Below are positions 39,652 to 48,859 of a stretch of DNA of 64,000 bases, piece by piece. The position numbers were made by a program, and so were the translations under genes. Positions within the stretch are counted from its first letter, which is position 1. Every line of letters starts with the position of its first letter. Source of the DNA: Thermoanaerobaculia bacterium (GTDB lineage: Bacteria; Acidobacteriota; Thermoanaerobaculia; UBA5066; Gp7-AA6). Under the pieces are notes generated by a model. That model ran no database searches. It was not told the origin of the DNA and saw nothing but the letters and a program-made list of their open reading frames with translations. The stretch lies in NCBI GenBank assembly GCA_038224325.1, contig JBBRFL010000012.1:10249-74248 (forward strand). The letters run 5' to 3'.

Positions 39652-41265
39652 ATGGATCCGATCGCGAGCCAGCTCGACGCGCACTCCTCCGAGTTCCTGG
39701 ATCGCGCCCGCGCCATGGAGGCCCTGGTGGGCGGCCTCCGCGAGGAGCTGGACCGCGCCCGCCGCGGCGGCGCCGGAAGGGACCGCCACGCCGAGCAGAA
39801 GAAGATGTTCGTACGCGACCGCATCGACGCCCTGCTGGACCCCGGTTCCCCGTTTCTCGAGCTCTCGCCGCTGGCGGCGCACGGCATGTACGACGGGGAG
39901 GCGCCGGGCGCCGGCCTCGTCACGGGGATCGGCCGGGTATCCGACCGCGAGGTGATGATCATCGCCAACGACGCCACCGTCAAGGGCGGGACGTATTTCC
40001 CGATCACGGTCAAGAAGCACCTCCGGGCCCAGCAGATCGCCGAGGAGAACCGGCTGCCCTGCCTCTACCTCGTGGATTCGGGGGGCGCCTACCTTCCGCT
40101 CCAGGCCGACGTCTTTCCGGACCGCGAGCACTTCGGGCGCATCTTCTTCAACCAGGCGAGGATGTCCGCGAAACGAATCCCGCAGATCGCCGCGGTGATG
40201 GGGTCCTGCACCGCCGGCGGCGCGTACGTCCCCGCGATGTCCGACGAGACGGTGATCGTCAAGGGCACGGGCACGATCTTCCTGGCGGGCCCCCCGCTCG
40301 TGAAGGCGGCCACCGGCGAGGACGTCTCCGCGGAGGAGTTGGGGGGGGCCGACGTGCACACGCGCGTCTCCGGGGTGGCCGACTACATGGCCGAGAACGA
40401 CGCCGAGGCGCTGACGATCGCGCGCGCTCTCGTGGGGAACCTGGGCGGCTCGAAGACCCTTCCCGCCGATCGGCTCGATCCGGAGGAGCCCGCCTTCGAT
40501 CCCCGCGAGATCTACGGGATCCTCCCGCGCGACCTGCGAAAGCCCTACGACGTCCGGGAGGTCATCGCGCGGCTGGTCGACGGCTCGCGGTTCGAGGAGT
40601 TCAAGGCGCGCTACGGCACCACGCTGGTCTGCGGCATGGCGCGCCTGAGCGGCTTCCTGATCGGCATCGTGGCCAACAACGGCATCCTCTTCTCCGAGTC
40701 CGCGCTGAAGGCGACGCACTTCATCCAGGTGTGCGCCCGCCGGAAGATCCCGCTCCTCTTCCTCCAGAACATCACGGGGTTCATGGTCGGAAAGGAATAC
40801 GAGCGCGGCGGGATCGCGAAGGATGGGGCAAAGATGGTGCACGCCGTGGCGAACGCGGCCGTCCCCAAGCTGACCGTGATCATCGGCGGCTCGTTCGGCG
40901 CCGGCAACTACGGCATGTGCGGGCGCGCCTTCGACCCCCGTTTCCTCTTCGTGTGGCCCAACGCGCGAGTCTCCGTGATGGGCGGCCCCCAGGCCGCCGC
41001 GGTGCTCTCCACCGTCAAGCAGGATCAGCTCGCTCGCGCGGCGAAGCCGGCGAAGCCGGCGATGACGGCGGCGGAGGTCGCGGAGTTCGAGCGGCCGACT
41101 CGCGAGAAGTACGAGGTCGAGGGCCACCCGTACTACTCGACGGCCCGATTGTGGGACGACGGCGTCCTCGACCCCGCGCAGACGCGCACCGCGCTGTCCC
41201 TCGCGCTCTCGGCCGCATACAACGCGCCGATTCCGGAGACGGAGTTCGGCGTGTTCCGGATGTAA
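39652..41265 (+). CDS. liuB: 3-methylcrotonyl-CoA carboxylase beta (carboxyltransferase)
   Basis: [39 protein letters not shown]-terminal FGVFRM. Confidence 0.9.
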   Translation: MDPIASQLDAHSSEFLDRARAMEALVGGLREELDRARRGGAGRDRHAEQKKMFVRDRIDALLDPGSPFLELSPLAAHGMYDGEAPGAGLVTGIGRVSDREVMIIANDATVKGGTYFPITVKKHLRAQQIAEENRLPCLYLVDSGGAYLPLQADVFPDREHFGRIFFNQARMSAKRIPQIAAVMGSCTAGGAYVPAMSDETVIVKGTGTIFLAGPPLVKAATGEDVSAEELGGADVHTRVSGVADYMAENDAEALTIARALVGNLGGSKTLPADRLDPEEPAFDPREIYGILPRDLRKPYDVREVIARLVDGSRFEEFKARYGTTLVCGMARLSGFLIGIVANNGILFSESALKATHFIQVCARRKIPLLFLQNITGFMVGKEYERGGIAKDGAKMVHAVANAAVPKLTVIIGGSFGAGNYGMCGRAFDPRFLFVWPNARVSVMGGPQAAAVLSTVKQDQLARAAKPAKPAMTAAEVAEFERPTREKYEVEGHPYYSTARLWDDGVLDPAQTRTALSLALSAAYNAPIPETEFGVFRM

Positions 41266-41269
41266 GGCC

Positions 41270-42034
41270 ATGCGCGCATTCGCCCTCGTCCTACTCGCCG
41301 CCGTCGCGTCCTCCGGGCCGCTCACCTTCACCCTCAGGGTCCACGGCGAGACGGAGCTGAGCGCCACGATCTCCGGGCCCGCCGCGGACCTCCCGCCGGG
41401 GGCCTTCCGCGGAACGATCGCGATGAACGGATCGCCGTCCGAGATGCCCGTCGCGGGTACGGTCGGTCACGCGGGAGGCCGGTGGACGCTTCCGGTCGTC
41501 GTTCGTTACGCGGACGTGCCCGCCGATTGGGCCGAGCACTTCCGGCCGGACACCTTCACGTACCGGCTCCGCGGCGCCTCCACGGGCGGCGCGCCCCGCG
41601 AGTGGACCGGCACGCTTCCGTGGAAAGACGTCGCGGTCGAGTCGGACAAGGAGAGCGGCGCGGAGTTCCTCCAGCTCGAGACCGTCCGGCTCACGGAGAT
41701 GTCGCTCCTGTCGAGCGCGGCCGAGGCGATCCTCGCGGTTCGCAATCCTTTCTCCTTCCCCCTGAAGATCGCCGAGTCGGAATACGCGCTCTCCGTCAAC
41801 GGCCGCGAGGTCGGGGAGGGGTCTACGCGGGGCCTCCTCCTCCATCCCGCGCAGAAGAGCGTCCTGTCGCTTCCGATCGAGATCGACCACGCGGGGCTCA
41901 TCTCGGCGGCCGGGCAGGCGCTGCTGTCCGGCGGCGAGATCGCGGCCAAGCTTCACGGCAGGCTCGTCGTGCGTCTCAAGGGAGGCGACCTCACGGTGCC
42001 GCTCGATCTCTCGGGGCACCTCGCGAGCCCATGA
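41270..42034 (+). CDS. Secreted LEA type 2/WHy domain protein
   Basis: Signal peptide; VRNPFSFPL...Y.LSVNGREVGEG. Confidence 0.7.
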   Translation: MRAFALVLLAAVASSGPLTFTLRVHGETELSATISGPAADLPPGAFRGTIAMNGSPSEMPVAGTVGHAGGRWTLPVVVRYADVPADWAEHFRPDTFTYRLRGASTGGAPREWTGTLPWKDVAVESDKESGAEFLQLETVRLTEMSLLSSAAEAILAVRNPFSFPLKIAESEYALSVNGREVGEGSTRGLLLHPAQKSVLSLPIEIDHAGLISAAGQALLSGGEIAAKLHGRLVVRLKGGDLTVPLDLSGHLASP

Positions 42035-42828
42035 CCCCTTCCGACTACACGCGCCTGCGCGTCGAGCGCAGGGGGCCTGTCGCCCGGATCGCTCTGGCCC
42101 GCAGCGAGGTCCGCAACGCGTTCGACGACGTGCTCATCGCCGAGCTCACACGCGCCTTCGGCGACGCGGCGCAGGACGCCGGCGTTCGCGTCGTGGTTCT
42201 CTCGGGGGACGGGCCAACGTTCTGCGCCGGCGCGGACGTCGGCTGGATGCGCCGGGCCGGAGCCTATTCGCGCGAGGAGAACGAGGCGGACGCGCAGCGC
42301 ATGGCCCGGATGCTGCGCGCGATCGACTCCTGCCCTCGTCCGGTGATCGCGCTGGCGCACGGCGCGGCGATCGGCGGAGGCGTCGGGCTAGTGGCCGCGG
42401 CCGACATCGCGATCGCCGCAGAGGGGACGATCTTCTCGCTCGCGGAGGTTCGCCTGGGGATCCTGCCGTCGGTCATCTCCCCGTACGTCCTCCGCGCGAT
42501 CGGGCCGCGTTTCGCGCGCGACGTGTTTCTGACCGGCGAGCGCTTCGATGCGAACGAGGCCGCGCGCATGGGGCTGGTCCACCGGGTCGTGCCGGCGTCC
42601 GAGCTCGAGGCGGCGGGCGCCGCGAAGGTCGCCTCGCTCCTGCAGTCCGGTCCCGAGGCCGTCGGCGTGGCCAAGCGGCTGATCGAGCAGGTGACGGGAA
42701 TGAACCCGGAGGACGCGCTGGCGCTGACGGCGCGGACGATCGCCGAGCGCCGGGCGTCGGCGGAGGCTCGGGAAGGCCTGACGGCGTTTCTGGAGAAGCG
42801 CAAGCCGTCGTGGGCCGGAGGAGAGTGA
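42031..42828 (+). CDS. liuC: Enoyl-CoA hydratase (methylglutaconyl-CoA hydratase-like)
   Basis: RNAFD, FCAGAD, GGGVG, EVRLGILP, EGLTAFLEKR; lies in liu context. Confidence 0.82.
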   Translation: MTPSDYTRLRVERRGPVARIALARSEVRNAFDDVLIAELTRAFGDAAQDAGVRVVVLSGDGPTFCAGADVGWMRRAGAYSREENEADAQRMARMLRAIDSCPRPVIALAHGAAIGGGVGLVAAADIAIAAEGTIFSLAEVRLGILPSVISPYVLRAIGPRFARDVFLTGERFDANEAARMGLVHRVVPASELEAAGAAKVASLLQSGPEAVGVAKRLIEQVTGMNPEDALALTARTIAERRASAEAREGLTAFLEKRKPSWAGGE

Positions 42829-42829
42829 A

Positions 42830-43057
42830 GTGAAGGGAACCCAGGAGCTTCTGACCTGCCCCCGGTGCGCAAAGGGATTCTTCGCGTGGCGCCCGGCCGA
42901 CCTGCCGGGAGCCCGCGTCAAGTGCTACTTCTGCGGAAACCAGTTCGAGGACGAGGCCGCGCAGCGACCGGCCGCACCGCCCCCGGACACCGCGGCCAAT
43001 CCGCCGGCCGCCGCGGCACCTGCGGTCCCGCTTGACGCCGGCAAGCCCGCCTCTTGA
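42830..43057 (+). CDS. Small zinc-ribbon protein with Pro/Ala tail
   Basis: CPRC...VKCYFCGNQF; fills the gap between flanking genes exactly. Confidence 0.65.
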   Translation: MKGTQELLTCPRCAKGFFAWRPADLPGARVKCYFCGNQFEDEAAQRPAAPPPDTAANPPAAAAPAVPLDAGKPAS

Positions 43058-44535
43058 GAAGGCCCGTGTTGCGAAGACTCCTGGCGCTGGCCGTCCTGGC
43101 GTTGTGCTCGCGCGCGCAGGCGCCGGGGCAGGAGGACCCGACGGCCGCGCTGATGGAACGGCTGACGGGCCCCTCTTCACGCCTAGAGGTGAACCTCCGG
43201 GTGCTGACCGATGAGATCGGAGGGCGCGTGACCGGCAGCGCGGGCTACGAGAGCTCGCTGCGCTGGGGCGTCGAGGCATTCCGCCGGGCCGGCGTCGATT
43301 CGGTCGCGCTCGAGCCCTATCCTGTTCCGGCGAAGTGGGAGGCCGTTTCCGCGACCGCCGAAGTCGTCGAGCCGTCTCGCTTCCCGGTGCGGATCGTTTC
43401 CTACGGCCTCGCGCCCTCCACAAGCGGCGAGCAAACCGCCCTCGTCGTGGACGCGAGCGCCGGTCTCCCGGCCGACTTCGAGAGGCTCGGCGCGAGGGCG
43501 CGCGGCGCGATCGTGCTGGTTCGCACCGAGCCCATGAAATCTTTCGACGATCTCTTCGCCGAGTACCTCGCGGCTCCCGGGGTGATGCGCGCCGCGATCG
43601 CCCACGGCGCCGCCGCGATCCTGTTCCTCTCGACGCGTCCCCGCGGGCTCCTGTACCGGCACACGATCACGTGGGGACCTATCGCGCCCATCCCGATGGC
43701 GCAGATCCGCCGGGAGGACGGCCTGCGGCTGGCGCGCCTGATCGACTCCGGCCGCCCGCTGAGGCTCAAGCTGGACATCCGGAACCGGGTCGGCGGACCC
43801 TGGCAGCCCTCCAACGTGGTCGCCGAGATCCGCGGAAGCGAGCACCCCGAGGAGATCGTCTTGCTCGGCGCGCACCTGGATTCCTGGGATCTTGGAACCG
43901 GAGCGCTCGACAATGGCGTCAACTGCGCGCTGGTGGTGGACGTCGCCCGCGCGATCGCGGAGGGCCCGCGTCCGAAGCGCACGATCCGCTTCGTCCTCTT
44001 CACGAGCGAGGAGACGGGCCTCCTGGGTTCCCTCGGTTACGTCCGTTCGCACCGGGCGGAGCTGCCCCTCCACGTCGCGGTCGTGATCCACGACATCGGC
44101 GACGGAAAGATCGTCGGCTATTACAGCAACGGCCGGCCCGACCTCGAGGCCCCTCTCCGCGCGATCCTCTCGCCGCTCGCCCCCCTGGGCGCGTCGGGGA
44201 TCAACGGCGAGGCTCTCCTCGGGACCGATAACTTCGATTTCCTCCTGGAGGGAGTTCCCAATCTCGTGGCCGACCAGCAGGCGGACCGCTACCTCGCCGA
44301 CTACCACGCGGAATCGGACACCTTCGACAAGGTCGACCTCGATCTCGCGCGGCGCAACGCGGCCGTGGCCGCCGTGACCGTCCGCGGAATCGCGAACGCC
44401 CCGGCTCGCCTGGGACCGCGACAGGCTCGCGCCGAGGTCGGTCGGGTGCTCGAGGAAGGAAAGCTCGACACCCAGATGAAGACCTACGGGTTGTGGAGCG
44501 ACTGGGAGAGCGGAAAGCGCGGTCGCGAGAGGTGA
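43054..44535 (+). CDS. Secreted M28 peptidase with PA domain (carboxypeptidase Q-like)
   Basis: GAHLDSWD, GALDN, SEETG, YHAESD. Confidence 0.88.
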   Translation: MRRPVLRRLLALAVLALCSRAQAPGQEDPTAALMERLTGPSSRLEVNLRVLTDEIGGRVTGSAGYESSLRWGVEAFRRAGVDSVALEPYPVPAKWEAVSATAEVVEPSRFPVRIVSYGLAPSTSGEQTALVVDASAGLPADFERLGARARGAIVLVRTEPMKSFDDLFAEYLAAPGVMRAAIAHGAAAILFLSTRPRGLLYRHTITWGPIAPIPMAQIRREDGLRLARLIDSGRPLRLKLDIRNRVGGPWQPSNVVAEIRGSEHPEEIVLLGAHLDSWDLGTGALDNGVNCALVVDVARAIAEGPRPKRTIRFVLFTSEETGLLGSLGYVRSHRAELPLHVAVVIHDIGDGKIVGYYSNGRPDLEAPLRAILSPLAPLGASGINGEALLGTDNFDFLLEGVPNLVADQQADRYLADYHAESDTFDKVDLDLARRNAAVAAVTVRGIANAPARLGPRQARAEVGRVLEEGKLDTQMKTYGLWSDWESGKRGRER

Positions 44536-46007
44536 GGCGACTCCTCGTCGCCAATCGCGGTGAGATCGCCGTCCGGATCTCCCGCACGGCTCGCGAGATG
44601 GGTCTCGAGACCGTTGCGGTATACGCCGGGGACGATGCAAACGCGCTCCACGCGCGCGCGATGAATCGATCCGCGTCGCTCGGGCCCGGCGCCGCGGCGG
44701 AGACGTACCTCTCGATCCCGCGGATCCTCGAGGCCGCCCGCGCCACGGGGAGCGACGCGATCCATCCCGGTTACGGGTTCCTCTCGGAGAGCGCGGCCTT
44801 CGCGCGGGCCGTTGGAAGCGCGGGCCTCGTCTGGGTCGGGCCGCCGCCGGAGGCCATCGAGGCGATGGGAGGGAAGCTCGCGGCCCGCGCCCGGATGGAA
44901 GCGGCCGGGGTCCCGGTGATGCCCGGCTCCCGGCCGGGCGCGTCGAGCGACGCCGATCTCGTGAGCGAGGCGACCCGGCTCGGATTCCCCGTCCTGATCA
45001 AGGCGTCGGCGGGAGGCGGAGGGAAGGGAATGTCGCGGGTGGACTCCGCCGCCGATATGCCGGCCGCTCTCGCGGAGGGGCGCCGACTCGCGAGCGCCTC
45101 CTTCGGGGACGACACCATCTATCTCGAGCGGCTCCTCGCGGACTGCCGGCACGTCGAGTTCCAGGTGTTCGGCGATTCGACGGGCCGCATCGTGCATCTC
45201 TTCGAGCGCGAGTGCAGCGTCCAGCGCCGGCACCAGAAGATCGTGGAGGAAGCGCCGAGTGCGGCGCTCGATCCCGGCCTCCGCCGCGCGATGGGGGAGG
45301 CCGCGGTCCGCGCCGCGAGCGCGGTGCGCTACGTGGGAGCCGGAACCATCGAGTTCCTCCTGGACGCCGATCGCCAATTCCACTTCCTGGAGATGAACAC
45401 GCGCCTCCAGGTCGAGCACGCCGTCACCGAGGAGACGCTGGGATGCGATCTCGTCCGAGCGCAGCTCGAGGTGGCGCAGGGCCTTCCGATGCCCGCCTCC
45501 TGGAGCGACGGGACGCTCGTCCCTCGCGGCCACTCGATCGAGATGCGCCTCTACGCCGAGGACCCTATCGAGTTCCTGCCGCGCTCGGGCCGCCTCCTCG
45601 AATACCGGGAGCCGTCCGGGCCGGGGATTCGCGTGGATTCGGGCGTCGAGAGGGGCAGCGTGGTGGGACTCGAATACGACCCGATGCTCGCGAAGCTGAT
45701 CGTCTGGGGCCCGGACCGGCCCGCCGCAATCGGCCGCGCGCGGCGCGCGCTGGCGGAATGGGTCGTGCTCGGTGTCGAGACGAACATGCCCTTGCTGCGC
45801 GCCGTGATCGACTCGGAGGCGTTTGGATCGGGCCGCTACTCGACGGACCTCGTCTCGCGCCTGCCGCGGCCGGCCGCGGGGGAGCCGCCGGACGCGGCCT
45901 GGATCGCCGCGGCGCTGGCGGACTCGGCCCCCCTGGGCGCGCGCGGGGACGCCGCTCCGGCGGCGGCCGATCCCTGGACGAGCGCATCGGGCTGGAGGCT
46001 CGGATGA
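44532..46007 (+). CDS. Biotin carboxylase (MCC alpha N-terminal part)
   Basis: ANRGEIA, HPGYGFLSE, GGGGKGM, RECSVQRRHQK, EMNTRLQVEH; no biotinyl domain. Confidence 0.92.
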   Translation: MRRLLVANRGEIAVRISRTAREMGLETVAVYAGDDANALHARAMNRSASLGPGAAAETYLSIPRILEAARATGSDAIHPGYGFLSESAAFARAVGSAGLVWVGPPPEAIEAMGGKLAARARMEAAGVPVMPGSRPGASSDADLVSEATRLGFPVLIKASAGGGGKGMSRVDSAADMPAALAEGRRLASASFGDDTIYLERLLADCRHVEFQVFGDSTGRIVHLFERECSVQRRHQKIVEEAPSAALDPGLRRAMGEAAVRAASAVRYVGAGTIEFLLDADRQFHFLEMNTRLQVEHAVTEETLGCDLVRAQLEVAQGLPMPASWSDGTLVPRGHSIEMRLYAEDPIEFLPRSGRLLEYREPSGPGIRVDSGVERGSVVGLEYDPMLAKLIVWGPDRPAAIGRARRALAEWVVLGVETNMPLLRAVIDSEAFGSGRYSTDLVSRLPRPAAGEPPDAAWIAAALADSAPLGARGDAAPAAADPWTSASGWRLG

Positions 46008-46471
46008 GCGGCGCGCGGCTGCGGAGCGGCGACGCGGCGCGTGAGATTGGCGTCGAGGGCGATGCGGCGCTCATCGACGGCCGCCGCGTCGAGTTCGAGC
46101 GACGCCTGGCGGAGGGCCGCGTCGAGGGGATCGCGATCCGCGGTCGAGAGCATCGCATCGTCGCTGCGCGGGACGGGCGCCGCGTGTTCGTCTGGTGCGA
46201 CGGAACGGCCTGGACGTTTGAGCGCGTCGCGGCGACGCGGACCGCCGGCATGCGGGATCACGGGCAGGACCTGATCTCGCCCATGCCCGGCCGGGTGCGC
46301 CGGACGATGGTGGCCGATGGAGAGAGCGTGGCCCGCGGTCAGGTGCTCCTCGTCCTCGAGGCCATGAAGATGGAACATTCGATCCGGTCGCCGGCGGACG
46401 GGACCGTCCGCCTGAGGGTCCGGGAGGGCGATCGGGTCGAGGCCGGAGTGGAGCTGGCTCAGATTGAATAG
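46004..46471 (+). CDS. Biotin carboxyl carrier protein with BT-like N-terminus (MCC alpha C-terminal part)
   Basis: SPMPG...EAMKME; ATGA overlap with the biotin carboxylase stop. Confidence 0.88.
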   Translation: MSGARLRSGDAAREIGVEGDAALIDGRRVEFERRLAEGRVEGIAIRGREHRIVAARDGRRVFVWCDGTAWTFERVAATRTAGMRDHGQDLISPMPGRVRRTMVADGESVARGQVLLVLEAMKMEHSIRSPADGTVRLRVREGDRVEAGVELAQIE

Positions 46472-46506
46472 CGAACGGCGAATCGCTCGACCATAATCCT
46501 CATCCG

Positions 46507-47448
46507 ATGGACTCCCGGGAAGACCAGCCGCTTCGCCGCCCTCACCTCCCCGAGCGCGTGACCGTGTACGAGGTGGGGCCGCGCGACGGTCTGCAGAACG
46601 AGTCCGAGACGCTGACGGTCGCCGCGCGCGCGGAGTTCGTGGACCGCCTGACCGACGCGGGCCTGCCGGCGATCGAGGTGGGCTCCTTCGTGTCCGCCGC
46701 GGCCATTCCCCAACTCGCCGACACCGAGGAGGTGTACCGCCGGATCCATCGGGCGAGCGGCGTGCGCTATCCCGCGCTCGTGCCCAATTTGAGGGGCCTC
46801 GAGCGCGCCCTGGAGTCGGGCGTGCGCGAGATCGCCGTCTTCACCGCCGCATCGGAGACGTTCAACCGCAAGAACATCCACGCCGGCGTGGACGAGTCCA
46901 TCGAGCGATTCCGCCCCGTCGTCACCCGGGCGCTCGAGGAAAAGGTCCGCGTGCGCGGCTACGTGTCCACCGCTTTCGGCTGCCCGTACGAGGGGGAGGT
47001 CGCGCCCGAGGCGGTGCGCGAGGTGGTCCACAAGCTGCTGGACCTTCCCGTCGACGAGATCTCCGTGGGGGACACGATCGGAGTGGCCACTCCCTCGGGG
47101 GTCTTCGACGTCATCGAGGCTCTCTACGATTCCGGCGTCACGCGTGGAGTGCTCGCGCTCCACTTTCACGACACGCGCGGCACGGCTCTGGCGAATGTCT
47201 ACGCCGGGCTGCAATGCGGGATCACGACGTACGATTCTTCGGCGGGGGGACTGGGCGGCTGCCCGTACGCGCCCGGCGCCTCCGGAAATCTCGCGACCGA
47301 GGACCTCCTGTATCTGCTCGATGGATTGGGAATCCAGACGGGTGTGACGCTGTCCCGCGTGGTCGAGGCGTCGCGCTTTCTCTCCGGGGCGTTGGGCCAC
47401 CGGCCTCCGGGCCGCTATCTGGCCGCCGTCTGGGGCCCTCCGAGTTGA
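46507..47448 (+). CDS. liuE: Hydroxymethylglutaryl-CoA lyase
   Basis: EVGPRDGLQNE, FGCPYEG, HFHDT, GGCPYAPGASGN. Confidence 0.93.
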   Translation: MDSREDQPLRRPHLPERVTVYEVGPRDGLQNESETLTVAARAEFVDRLTDAGLPAIEVGSFVSAAAIPQLADTEEVYRRIHRASGVRYPALVPNLRGLERALESGVREIAVFTAASETFNRKNIHAGVDESIERFRPVVTRALEEKVRVRGYVSTAFGCPYEGEVAPEAVREVVHKLLDLPVDEISVGDTIGVATPSGVFDVIEALYDSGVTRGVLALHFHDTRGTALANVYAGLQCGITTYDSSAGGLGGCPYAPGASGNLATEDLLYLLDGLGIQTGVTLSRVVEASRFLSGALGHRPPGRYLAAVWGPPS

Positions 47449-47493
47449 CAGAATCGCCGAGTCCGTTTAACCTTTTGACCTACTGAAGGTTAA
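47445..47493 (+). promoter_or_regulatory. Sigma70-type promoter with an overlapping 8-bp inverted repeat
   Basis: TTGACA(47445)-17 bp-TAACCT(47468); TTAACCTT-N11-AAGGTTAA at 47467-47493. Confidence 0.65.
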
Positions 47494-47497
47494 CGGA

Positions 47498-48808
47498 GTG
47501 GCAAAAAAGATTCTCCTGGCCGACGACAGCCTGACGATTCAGAAGGTCGTCGAGCTGACGTTCTCCGACAGCGAGTACGTCCTTCTCTGCGTGTCCAACG
47601 GACAGAGGGCTCTGGAGAAGGTCGCGGAGGAAGCCCCGGACCTGATCCTCGCCGACGTCGTCATGCCGGAGAAGAACGGCTACGAGGTCTGCGAGGCGAT
47701 CAAGGCCAACCCCGCCACCGCGCGCATTCCCGTGATCCTGCTGTCGGGCACGTTCGAGCCCTTCGACAAGGACCGCGCGGAGCGGCTCGGCTGCGACGCG
47801 ATCGTGTCCAAGCCGTTTGACTCGCAGCAGCTCCTGCGACAGGTCGAGGCGCTGCTGGCGCGAGCTCCCGAGGACGTGCCGTCGACGGCCACGATGGCCA
47901 TCCCGACAATGACGAATCCACAGCCTCCCGCCGCCGCGGCCTCGTCCCGGGCGCCCGCGGAGCAGGGCTTCATGGCGGAGGACTTCACCGCCAGTATTCG
48001 CGTTCCGCCCTCCATCTCGGGCGGCCCGGACCTCTTCGAGGAGGAATACGGGCAGGCCGACGTGGAGTCCGCGATCGCCGCGTTCGAGAAGGCTCATCCC
48101 GAATTCAGCCACGCCGACGAGAGCCCCACGTCCTCCGCGATGGCGCTCGGGGACGCGGGCGAGACCCGCCCGGCGGCCGACGAGGAATCTGCGCAGCCGC
48201 AGCCGGCCCTGGCCAGCTGGCTCCGCGAGGAACCCGAGGCGCCCGCCGCCGCGCCGACGGCGACCGACCCCGCGCCCGCGCCGTTCTGGGTGCCGCGGGA
48301 GCCGGAGCCCGACCTCCAGCCGATCCCCTTCGGAGGCGACGACACCTACCCGCGCCACTTCGACTCGCCCTCGATGCGAGCCGACGAGGCGCCGACGCAG
48401 CAGATTCCCCTCGCCGCCGAGTATGCCTCGCTCTCGCGCCCCTCTCTCTCGGATTCGGAGCGCGACACGGACAAGACGCCGAAAGCCGCCGCGCCGGCGG
48501 AGACCGCAACACCCGCCGAGGCCGCTGCGCCGGGCGGAGCGACTCCCGCCTACTCGGAGCCCCCGGTCTCCCGGGAGATCGAGGTCCTCGCGCAGACCAC
48601 CTCCATCGGGCAGCTGAAGGAGATGCTCTCCTCCGTATCCCGAAGCGAGGGGGGCCTGTCGGAGGAAGACATCGATCGGCTCGCCTCGCGAGTGGTCGAA
48701 CGGTTGTCCGAAAAGATCGTTCGCGAGATCGCCTGGGAGGTGATCCCGGACGTCGCGGAGCTCCTGATCAAGCAGCGGATCAAGGAGCTCGAGGCCGGCG
48801 CCGAATAA
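47498..48808 (+). CDS. RomR-like response regulator (receiver, acidic Pro/Ala linker, conserved helical C-terminus)
   Basis: ILLADDS, DVVMP, SKPF; C-terminal EKIVREIAWEVIPDVAELLIKQRIKEL; lies upstream of valS. Confidence 0.8.
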   Translation: MAKKILLADDSLTIQKVVELTFSDSEYVLLCVSNGQRALEKVAEEAPDLILADVVMPEKNGYEVCEAIKANPATARIPVILLSGTFEPFDKDRAERLGCDAIVSKPFDSQQLLRQVEALLARAPEDVPSTATMAIPTMTNPQPPAAAASSRAPAEQGFMAEDFTASIRVPPSISGGPDLFEEEYGQADVESAIAAFEKAHPEFSHADESPTSSAMALGDAGETRPAADEESAQPQPALASWLREEPEAPAAAPTATDPAPAPFWVPREPEPDLQPIPFGGDDTYPRHFDSPSMRADEAPTQQIPLAAEYASLSRPSLSDSERDTDKTPKAAAPAETATPAEAAAPGGATPAYSEPPVSREIEVLAQTTSIGQLKEMLSSVSRSEGGLSEEDIDRLASRVVERLSEKIVREIAWEVIPDVAELLIKQRIKELEAGAE

Positions 48809-48834
48809 GAGGGCTCCCCGCGTTCTGATATATG

Positions 48835-48858
48835 AAAGGGCTTCGAGAGCCCTTTTTT
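48835..48858 (+). terminator. Intrinsic-terminator-like hairpin abutting the valS start
   Basis: AAAGGGCT-TCGAG-AGCCCTTT followed by TTT; the valS ATG is at 48860. Confidence 0.55.
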
Positions 48859-48859
48859 G

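Noticed and set aside
48809-48859. T-box riboswitch for valS
   Set aside because: Only about 50 nt are available, and there is no TGGNACCGCG T-box sequence.
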